In this document: positions 8,764 through 17,700 of the stretch, piece by piece | Numbering within the stretch: the first letter of the stretch is position 1 | Layout: each line of letters starts with the position of its first letter | Source: Elusimicrobiota bacterium | GTDB taxonomy: Bacteria > Elusimicrobiota > Elusimicrobia > Elusimicrobiales > UBA9959 | Reading direction: 5' to 3' | Assembly: GCA_037137395.1 (NCBI GenBank) | Contig: JBAXKK010000050.1 | Coordinates: 1-19,356 of the forward strand | Length of the DNA stretch: 19,356 nt | Notes under the pieces: model-generated | Databases searched by the model: none | The model's input: the letters and a program-made list of their open reading frames with translations, nothing else | What the model was told of the DNA's origin: nothing | Program-made: the position numbers and the translations under genes

Positions 8764-9519
8764 TTATTGGCGGGCGCTGGCTATAGATATGAACCAACCC
8801 GGTTCCGGGGCGAAAGTGGCCAGGCTGAACGGCGGACTGCCCAACTCTTCATAGCGCTTCATGGCGGCTTTCGAAAACTTAGGAGCGTCCTCCGCCAGGT
8901 TTACATCCAGCAGGTCGGCTTTAAGGCCGAGCCCCAAAGCCTTTAATAATGCTTCCTTTTGAGTCCATAGGCATGTCGCAAGGTGGCAGGTATCAGGTGA
9001 CAGGTGCCATGGAACCGGAAACTGACCTGCGGCGGGTTGTATCTCGTTGCCTGTTACCTGCGACCTGCTACCGGTTACCTGTTTTGACAACTCTTCTTTA
9101 TGAAAATAATCCTGATACCAGGCGTTGGCTCGCGGCTCGGCTTTTTCAAGATCTATGCCGAGGAACACCGTGCCGGCCGCGCCGCAGGCGGCGGCGCAGA
9201 ACGGGCCGCTGTGGGTTATAGAGAGGAGGCGCTGGACTTTTCCGTATACCCACACCGGCCTTCCGGACAAGTCGTAGGCTATCTCTATATCCGAAAGCGG
9301 TATTTGCAGGTAAAGGGCTTCTTTAAGCAGGGTTTTGGCGGCATAACGCCCCCCCAGCCAGTCGCGCCGCCGCTTCTCTATCTTAAAGGAAGCGAATTTC
9401 TCCAGTTCCGATTTTGAAAGAAAAGTCTCAGGAGTCGGGACATTATCGGACCGCAGAAGATTTATGCGTACCCCGTTCCCCAGGTCCGTTATGCTCCCAA
9501 TTCGTATCTTGTCAGGCAT
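8764..9519 (-). CDS. Sfp-type 4'-phosphopantetheinyl transferase
   Basis: Start reassigned to ATG 9519 (MPDKIRIG..., 251 aa). LSKSE...KRRRDWLGGRYAAK, GRP, LSITHS, LGIDLE and WTQKEALLKALGLG are Sfp/EntD motifs. Confidence 0.92.
   Translation of the reverse strand: MPDKIRIGSITDLGNGVRINLLRSDNVPTPETFLSKSELEKFASFKIEKRRRDWLGGRYAAKTLLKEALYLQIPLSDIEIAYDLSGRPVWVYGKVQRLLSITHSGPFCAAACGAAGTVFLGIDLEKAEPRANAWYQDYFHKEELSKQVTGSRSQVTGNEIQPAAGQFPVPWHLSPDTCHLATCLWTQKEALLKALGLGLKADLLDVNLAEDAPKFSKAAMKRYEELGSPPFSLATFAPEPGWFISIASARQ
8981..9081. repeat. Inverted heptamer repeat element (AGGTRNC / CCTGYNA) in frame inside the PPTase
   Basis: aggtggc aggtatc aggtgac aggtgcc (8981-9008) and cctgtta cctgcga cctgcta ccggtta cctg (9050-9081); encodes QVTGSRSQVTG...WHLSPDTCHL. 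Confidence 0.8.
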
Positions 9520-9529
9520 AGTAGAAATT

Positions 9530-9763
9530 AAACGCCGGCTGGTCGGCTTTGGGTATTGAGCCGCGAGAAGCCCAGTCGGGGGCCTGCCGGGTAGCCGGAA
9601 CGCAAAAACAGGGTCGCGCACACCGTACGCGCCCTTCCGAGTCTCGGCCCTCGCGCTTACGCAAGCTTGGGCCTCCGACACGGTTTTGCTAACCCGGCCA
9701 CCTGGCACCCCTCTACAAAAACTTACGCATCAGATGTTCGCTCGGCAATAATCCCGGCGCTTT
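9530..9763 (-). ncRNA. Candidate structured non-coding RNA / leader, family unassigned
   Basis: GC-rich island in AT-rich flanks with nested complementarity on the minus strand: AAGCGCCGG/CCGGCGUUU closing stem, CCGGGUUAGC/GCUACCCGG, GCAAAAC/GUUUUUGC, GGCCC/GGGCC and a GGGCGCGUAC/GUGCGCGACCC hairpin. Strand inferred from G-U versus A-C pairs and is uncertain. Confidence 0.45.
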
Positions 9764-9783
9764 TTTAAACTAAAATAATATTT

Positions 9784-9830
9784 ATCCACCCTTAATGTAG
9801 GTGTATCCATAATGACCCACCCTATTGTAG
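9784..9830. promoter_or_regulatory. Imperfect direct repeat, possible regulator binding sites
   Basis: atccacccttaatgtag and acccaccctattgtag about 30 bp apart, upstream (minus sense) of the RNA candidate and PPTase. Confidence 0.35.
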
Positions 9831-9945
9831 ACAAATATCCTTACAAATTTTTTAAGTTGAAACGGTTTATAGCCGGTTTCAGGATGTGCTGGTTGACTCA
9901 AAAAAAGTGCCTCAATCGTGTCCAAGTAAAACCGGTCCCTACACA

Positions 9946-11535
9946 TCAGCTTTCCCGGGCGGTTTTTAAGCTATAGAAACGATTCAGGAGCCAGATAATC
10001 TTTTCCATTATTATCGTCAGGTCCAGCAGTGCCCCTTTGTCTTTGGCCGAGCCGAGGTTGTCGCTGTTCATATAGGCCTTGCGGAGCTGTTCCATGGACG
10101 GGCCATTGCCGGAACTCAGGTCCAGAAGTGTCCGAGCCTGTTCCGGCGCATTCGTTTTTTCGGTTTCGGCGGCAAAGTTCAGCAGGAAGTCTAGCGACTC
10201 CATGCAGGCGTCTGAAAGTTTTTTTATTGACGGATATTCCCTTGCCTGCGTGATGATTTTCATGCCTGAAGCGGTGCTGTCGGCAAGTTGGTCAAGCAGA
10301 GCCTGGCGTGTCTGGAAGTATGCGTGATCTTTTGCCGTCTGAGGGGCCATCGGCATGGCTGCCATCGCCGCAGTAGACGCCGCCACCTCTCGCGCAAGGG
10401 ATTTGAATGCCTCATGACGCGAGGCGAGGTCGGCACTGCCATGCTTTTCTATTGCCGCAGAGACGAATGCCGCGATTTGCTCCAGCTCGCGCGTCTGTTC
10501 CAGGCGGATTAATTCCAGGCCGGTGTCTGGATCCTGCGGCTGTAATTCCGACAGATACTTGGGATGGGCCAGGCCCTCCTCCTCCGACGGTGGGAAAGAA
10601 CTCGCCAACCATCTGATCAGTGGTCCGTCAATTGTAGTAAAGAAAATTGCCGAAGTCAGATTGAAAAGAAGGAACACCAGGGCGGTCTGATATCCCAGAT
10701 CCATCTTGAGCGAATTCAGTAGCGCCATCACCAGCGGAACATGCAGATATACCTCGATGTAATAGAGAAGGATGAAAACCGCGGCCCCAAATATATTAAA
10801 TATATTCACAAACCGTAAGAGTTGCCGCGATGTTCCGCGGAATGCGGTTCCGAGCATCACCTTGAACATGGTCGACCCTATAGCCGCACCATATATGAAC
10901 AAAAACGCCTGCGGACCCGTCAGGATGTTCTCACGTACCAGTCCGATCGCCACAAGCGCTACAGCCGTAGAGGACTGCGCTATGAATCCCAGCGCCAGAC
11001 CTGCCATAATAGATAAGAGCGAGTAATCACGGCTAAACGCCATCGCCCCGGTAAACCAAGCCTCCTGTTGCAGCGGTTTGACTCCGGCAGCCATCATCTC
11101 GATTCCAAAGAAAATCATTCCCAATCCCAGGCCGATGAACAAATATGTGCGGTATCTTTCGTCTTTTATCAAATACAGCGCTATCCCGCACAACCCTACG
11201 ATAAACATGACCTCCACGGAAATATTCAGAGAGACTATAAACAGCAAAACACAGTTCCCTACGCTAAATCCATTAAGGATAGAGATTGCCTGCGAAACAT
11301 TGAGCGTTCCGGAGCTGATCAGGCTTGCCAAAATCATCAGCGCAGCCGATGTGCTTTGCATTACCGCCCCGGACCCCAGGCCGAACGCCACGGCCCGCCC
11401 GCGCGAGGAAATGAATCGAGCGGCAAGCACCCGGAACTGCCGGCTACCTAGTTGTTTGAGACTGGCTGAAAGCATCTGGACACCGGTGAACATTAAGCCC
11501 AGGCCCAGAATTATTTTACCGATTATTTCAATCAT
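9946..11535 (-). CDS. Na+/phosphate cotransporter family protein (NptA/YjbB-like) with helical PhoU-like C-terminus
   Basis: Likely start ATG 11535 (MIEIIGK...). Two repeats of the QSS-type motif (VMQSTSA, IAQSSTA), GLGLMFTGVQML and GLGMIFFGIEMM, then a soluble helical C-terminus. Confidence 0.88.
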   Translation of the reverse strand: MIEIIGKIILGLGLMFTGVQMLSASLKQLGSRQFRVLAARFISSRGRAVAFGLGSGAVMQSTSAALMILASLISSGTLNVSQAISILNGFSVGNCVLLFIVSLNISVEVMFIVGLCGIALYLIKDERYRTYLFIGLGLGMIFFGIEMMAAGVKPLQQEAWFTGAMAFSRDYSLLSIMAGLALGFIAQSSTAVALVAIGLVRENILTGPQAFLFIYGAAIGSTMFKVMLGTAFRGTSRQLLRFVNIFNIFGAAVFILLYYIEVYLHVPLVMALLNSLKMDLGYQTALVFLLFNLTSAIFFTTIDGPLIRWLASSFPPSEEEGLAHPKYLSELQPQDPDTGLELIRLEQTRELEQIAAFVSAAIEKHGSADLASRHEAFKSLAREVAASTAAMAAMPMAPQTAKDHAYFQTRQALLDQLADSTASGMKIITQAREYPSIKKLSDACMESLDFLLNFAAETEKTNAPEQARTLLDLSSGNGPSMEQLRKAYMNSDNLGSAKDKGALLDLTIIMEKIIWLLNRFYSLKTARES

Positions 11536-11701
11536 AATCACCCAAAACACTTCAGGATTACAGCTTTATAAAACACGCGCTTTTAAATCTTGATGATCCC
11601 CAGTCGCTTTAATCGCTTGAAAGTCCCGCAGGACGCGGGCGGGCTGATTTTGAGGAGCCAATTTGCCGGTGCTCCGGCCGGGCATTTGTGGATATGGTTG
11701 A

Positions 11702-11707
11702 ATTATA
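11702..11707 (-). promoter_or_regulatory. Candidate -10 box (TATAAT) for the Na/Pi cotransporter gene
   Basis: Minus strand cggTATAATtc about 30 nt past the PKS stop; would give a ~160-nt leader. Confidence 0.3.
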
Positions 11708-11735
11708 CCGTTTCCGCCCGCGTAGTTATGCCCGT

Positions 11736-14700
11736 CTATATCTGCGTCGGGATTCCCATGTAATCTTTTAATTCGGCCACGGGGCGCATTTCGCTGTCGA
11801 AGGCGTATGCGTCGTAAAGGGTTTTCCCGTCTTCCGTGGTCCCCTTGTAGACGGCGTAAGTGTAGAGCCGGTCGGGGTCCGGATTATTATCGTAAATCAC
11901 AACCTGCCCCACTCCGTCCGGAAGCATCATCTTCCGGTCAAAGTGAATGTCGCGCCAGCCGCAGGTCTGGAAAAGGGCTTCCAGCACCATGGGGTGAAAC
12001 AGCAGGGCCGGGGTTTTTACGCGCCACAGCGCGGCTACCGGCTTTTTGAAAACGCCCAGGACCGCGTCCTTTTCTATTGAAAGTATTCCGTCCAATACGC
12101 GGAAGCTGGGGCCGTGAAAATAGATATTATAAATCTCCTCGGCCGTGATTTTATATTTGGCGTGTTTGGGCAGGTCCGGCTTGTCCAGACCTTCCCAGCC
12201 GCCCTTAGCGGGGCCGGGTTCGTAGCGCGCCGAAAAATGTGTTTTTGTGGCGCCCAGTTTCACGCCTTTGGCGTTTACAAAGTCGGACTCTATCCTGAGG
12301 TCGTAGCCGCCGCGCTGAGCGTTGGCCCTCACAAGAGCGTTCACCGGCTTGCCGCGCAGCAGCTTTATGGGCACGGTGAAACGCAGGTCTTTGAGAACCC
12401 TGGGTTTTTCTCCGGAAACAGCGGCCGCGGCCTCGGCGAAAGTCTCAATGCCCATTACACCCGGCAGGTAAGGAGTGCCGTTGATTGCATGATCGGCCAG
12501 GTAAGGGTCTTTTTCTACCGAGAATTCCTTGGCCGCCTCAAGTTCAAGACCCTTAACGTTTTTAGCCGCGCGCTCCAGGAAATGAAACTCCGAGCCGCTC
12601 GCGTCGGGGAAGTTCGGGTCGAAGCGGAGCTGCTTATCCCAATCAAGTTTTCCCAGGCTTCCCGATAGCACGATTTCCGGCACCTTGCCGTAGACCAGTT
12701 CGTCGGCCAGCGCGTTCATGCCTTCCTCGGGATAGAGAAAGTCCAGCTCCTGCGATTTTAAAAACGCTTCAACTCCGGGACGTATGCCCATGCCGATATT
12801 GGCATAGGCGGTCATATCAACACCGAAGGCCCGAACGCCCTTGTTGGTCAGACTTATGGCCAGTTTGGCGATATAATCGGAAGCGGCGGCGTAGTCGGAT
12901 TGGCCGAGGTTACCGAATTTGCCGGCGATAGATGAGATCATCACCCAGAATCCTTTTTCTTTTACGATGCCGGATTTGAGCATGTTGACGGCGCTGTTAG
13001 CCTTGGTGTTGAAGATCAGAAAGAATTCTTCCAGGGTCTTATCCACTACAAGCTTTGAGCGCTCCAAGCCGGCGAAATGCGCAACGCCGTCCACTTGGCC
13101 GAGATCGGTCTTTATATTGTTCATGACCGAGTCTAATACTTCTTTGTTGTTGAGGTCGCAGCGGTAATAGCTGACTTTAACCCCCAGCGCTTTAAGTTCC
13201 TCTATGGACCGGTAGAGCTGGGCTGAATCTTTAATACGCGTGAATTCCCTCTCCAGAATTGCCGGAGTTGCTTTATCCATTTTCGCTTTCAGCTCCTGCC
13301 ATAGCGTCCCGGTCTTGTAGGTTTTGAGTTCTGATTCGCTCATCGCGGCGAAACGGGCGGAGTCGGCGTTAAGTTCTATGATATCAAGGATTACGATATG
13401 CGGTTTGTGCTGCGCCGCTATAGTTCTGGCAAACAGAGCGCCGAGGCCGCGGCCGCCGCCGGTTATAATTATCTTCTTACCGTTGAGAGGCGTGCGTTCC
13501 TTGTCTTTCTCCAGCAGTTCCGGCTTGCCGATGAGCGTCCAGCGTTTATTCTCGGCATAGCCGATCGCCAGGCGCTTGTCGGAATAAAGTATCTCATAAA
13601 AAGTTTTCTGGACCATGGTCTGGGAAGAAGCGTGCGGTTCGAAGTCCAAAAGCTTGACTATGCTCTTATCCAGTTCCTTTCTGAGGCACAGAGTTATACC
13701 ATGTATCGCGCCGTAGACCGGGTCGTAAATTTCCCGGGTCTTGTAGCCGAAGCCGCCGTCCAGGGTGGTAACGACGGCCAGGAAAGTGGAATGGCCTTCC
13801 TCCAGTTTGTTCAGCCCGCCGTTAAAATATTTGCCGGCCAGGAAGAGCGGCATGGCGTAGCGTTTGAGATCTTCGAACGCGTTAGTTTCCGCGCCCAAAC
13901 CCTTGATGACGCAGCCCATAAGATAGAATACGCCCTGCACATTGTCGTGGGTGGAAGCGAAATCGGTCAAGGCCTTTTCCAAAGCGGGCAGGTCCCTAAA
14001 ATCAACCTGGACGGTATCTTTAAGTTTAGTCTTAGCAGACGTGAATACAAACGACTCTATCCTGTGCTTGTTCAGTTCGGATCTGAACGCTTTAATAAGG
14101 TCCAGGTCTTCCCCGAAAATGACTACCGGCCTCTTTGAGGAAAGTTTGGTTATAACTTCGTTCTCCACCGGGGCGGGGATGATGGTCGGCACATAACGAA
14201 TATGGCGTTTGGGATATGACGGTTCCTGTTTCACAATCGACGGAGGATTAGAGGATTGGTGGACTGGTGGATTAGCAACAGCCGCAACTACCGCGCTGTC
14301 TTGCTGCCGCGCTGTATTGCTATCCGTTTCGTCGAGGACGAAACGGATACAATGCCTGATGGTCGGGTAATCTTTAAGTGACAGATTTTCTTTCCTGGCG
14401 ATATTGTAATGCTCGCGTATGCCGGCGAACAGTTCGGCCTGCTTGACGGTGTCGATGCCGAGATCGGCTTCCATGTCGAGGTCAAGTTCCAGCATATCCT
14501 TTGGATAGCCGGTTTTCTCGGCGATCATGGTGAGGATCTCAGCCTGGACGGAGTCTTGGCTGAGATCGCCGTAGGCTGTAGGCTTTAAGCCATAGGCTTC
14601 AGGAGTTTCTTTATGGGCTGCTACTGGTTCCGGTTGGCTTATGGCTTCTGGCGTATGGCCTATAGCGGGCGCGGCGCCCTTTTCATCCATTACATATTTT

Positions 14701-17700
14701 ATGCAGTGTCTGATGGTCGGGTAATCTTTAAGTGACAGGTTTTCTTTCCTAGCGATATTGTAATGCTCGCGTATGCCGGCGAACAGTTCGGCCTGCTTGA
14801 CGGTGTCGATGCCGAGATCGGCTTCCATGTCGAGGTCAAGTTCCAGCATATCCTTTGGATAGCCGGTTTTCTCGGCGATCATGGTGAGGATCTCAGCCTG
14901 GACGGAGTCTTGGCTGAGATCGCCGTAGGCTGTAGGCTTTAAGCCATAGGCTTCAGGAGTTTCTTTATGGGCTGCTACTGGTTCCGGTTGGCTTATGGCT
15001 TCTGGCGTATGGCCTATAGCGGGCGCGGCGCCCATATGGCTTATGGCTGCCGGAGCTGCCGCGCTGGTTGCTGCCATCGCCGGCTCTTTTGCCGGCGTAT
15101 AGGGTGTTTTCCCGGCGGTTTTCTTATCCTTGACCCTTAATGTGTTGAATATCACTTCCAGTTCCGGATTCTCTTCTCCCGATATCGCTTTAAGCCAATC
15201 AATGTGTCTGGCCCGGTCCTCTATTCTGTTTTCCCCTTCCTTGAACACCCGCTCGGTGAATGACATAGCCATGTGTGAACCGAAGCCTGCCGCGAAGCGC
15301 AGAACATATTGAAGGTCGTATTTTCCGCCCTTTGAGAGGGTAATGCCGGAAAGTTCCGGATCCGGTTCTTTGTAATTGGCAATGGGCGGGATTATACCCG
15401 TGTTCAGGGCGCGTATCGACACCACTTCCTCCAGCGAAGATCCCATGGTGTGGCCGGTAAAACCTTTCACATTGCTGATGATAACGTCAGCCGCGTGCGC
15501 GCCGAAAGCTTTTTTAAGCGCCTTCACCTCGGCTGAAGCGCTGCCGCCCCGGGCCGGCGTGTAGGTCTCATGCGACATAAAGAAGGTTTTTTTGGCGAAC
15601 TGGCTCTTGTCCAGGCCGTAGAGGTCTTCCACCTTTTTGACGAATTTAGTCATAACATCCGCCACATGGTCGGTGTCAAGTCTGCTTACATGATAAGCGC
15701 TGTTTGCGGATTCGGTCAGCAGCAGGCGGGCCAGCGGCTTCATGCCTCTGCCTCTGACAAGGGTTTCATCCTCTATTACCATTCCCACCGCGCCGGAGCC
15801 GACGATCAATCCGTCTCTCCTTTTGTCGAACGGCAGAGCGGCTTCAGCTACGCTTTCCTTGGTCGAGGCCGTGCCTGAGGCTAAAAATCCGGGCATAGCC
15901 CATTCCTGAACGATGCTGCTGGTTATGTCGTCGGCGGCTATTATAACGACCCTCTTCGCCTTGCCGGCTCTTAACCAGCATTCGGCGGTATGTACGGCCT
16001 GTGTTGTGGATGCGCAGGCCGCGCTTATGTGCATGGCGGGGCCTTTCGCGCCTACCCATTGCGCGAACTGGCTGTCGGCTATCGGTATCACTTTCATCAG
16101 GAAGTTCTGGCTGAAAGTATACATGTCCTTTTCCTGGGCGGAGCGATCTTTTGTAAAGGTCTGTTCCATCCAGGTCCTGAGCGCGGTCCGGTCATTCGGG
16201 TTTTCCAACTTACCTATAATGTTGTCATATACTTCCCACATCTGGGCCGCGGTTTTGCCACGGTATTTATAATTAAAATAGCCGGCCACTTCATTTATCA
16301 GGGATTCCATTACCGGGAAAGCGGAAGCGAATATCACGCCGGTTTCGCTTGCCAGCGGTTCCGGCAGCGCCCATTTCTCGGGCAGATAACTGCCGGTGGT
16401 TGTTTTCTTGTAGTAATGGATCAGCGGCAGGCCCGCGTCCTTGAGCGCCAGCACTCCAGCGGCCATGGCCATCTTAAAAGTCGTATCCAGGGCTTTGGCG
16501 ATGTTATTTGGCACGCCGAATTCCTTTTCAAGGTCAAACTGCCCCTTGCGCGCTGAGAGCTTTATAGCCTGGTCGGTGGAATCTATTTTGGCGATGCTGT
16601 GGTTGCCGGTCGGAGATTTGATGACGCGGATGATATTCTTGTCTATCTGCTTGTCGCGCCAGTCCATGGGGATAGGCTCTATCATGTTTTTGCCGGCGAG
16701 TATTTCGTCGAGGTTATGCTCGCGGAAGAGCTTGTCCCATGTGCCGGGCGTGCCGCCGGCTATGCCGGAGACGGCTATGTTGTTGAAGTTGAATCCATAG
16801 CGCGCCGCGAAAGCGGAGCGCTCAGTGGTTAGTGGCGAGTGGTCAGTGGCGAGTGACGAGTGATTAGTGATTAGTGGGGAGGAGGATTTTTCTGCTCCGC
16901 CCACTAACCACTCGCCACTATCCACTAGCCACTGCTGTTGCCAGCCCTGATAATATGGATTAAAAAATCCGCCGCCCTGCTCCGGGTGTTTTCCGGTCCA
17001 GTTCAGTGTGAAGCCCAGCGCCATAAGATTGGCCAGCAGATCGTTAAACTCGGTGATGCCGCCGCGCTTAGGATGGTTAGAGGACAGAATCGTGAGACCC
17101 TTTTTATCCTTCAATGTGGAAGTGGCGAAGGCGCTCAGCACGCGCTTCGGTCCGCACTCTATAAATGTCCGCACGCCGTCGGCGTACATGCGCTCCAGCT
17201 GTTTTATGAATTCCACCGGGCTGGTCATCTGCTTCAGCAGCAGGTCGTATGTGGCCTGCTTGTCCGCGGGAAAATAGTCGGCGGTCACGTTGGATAACAG
17301 GGGTATGGTCCACGGCGCGGTCGGGATATTTTCCAGAAATTTCCTGTAGGGCCCTATGGCGGGCTCGATGATGGCCGAGTGAAAAGCGTGGGAAACGGCT
17401 ATCTCCTGGGCCTGCACACCCAACGATACGAACAGCTCCACGGCTTTTTCCACCGCTTTCCGCTCTCCGGCGATGACGGTCTGCTGCGGGCAATTTTTAT
17501 TAGCGCAGATGACATAGCCGTCTATTTTTTTGAGTTCCTTTTCCACTTTTTCTGCGGGCCAGCCTATGGACGCCATCTTGCCCGGGTCTTTAACTTTTAC
17601 GGTGGACATTTCTTTGGCCCGGCTGGTGACGGCGCGCAGGCCGTTTTCAAGCGTGAAAACTCCAGCCGCGGTGGCGGCGGCGTACTCGCCCAGGCTGTGG

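Noticed and set aside
8739..8773. CCGCC/GGCGG short palindromes at the PPTase stop as a terminator
   Set aside because: Short stems with no U-tract on the minus strand; may be REP-like but cannot be supported from one copy.
8582..8797. 71-aa minus-strand ORF between PPTase and carboxyltransferase
   Set aside because: Reads through heptamer repeats (YGLWLMAYG) and overlaps both neighbours; no independent coding signal.
9520..9708. 63-aa N-terminal extension of the PPTase from a GTG start
   Set aside because: No PPTase-like sequence and it overlaps the structured GC-rich region; ATG 9519 gives a normal-size protein.
9530..9763. Assignment to raiA motif, glmS ribozyme, c-di-GMP, lysine or cobalamin riboswitch, SRP or tmRNA
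   Set aside because: Only scattered short words match; the core consensus elements as I recall them are missing, so it was left unassigned.
9782..9790. Replication origin based on DnaA-box-like TTATCCACC (and ATATCCACA near 11687-11695)
   Set aside because: Only isolated 8/9 matches, with no box cluster and no dnaA/dnaN context.
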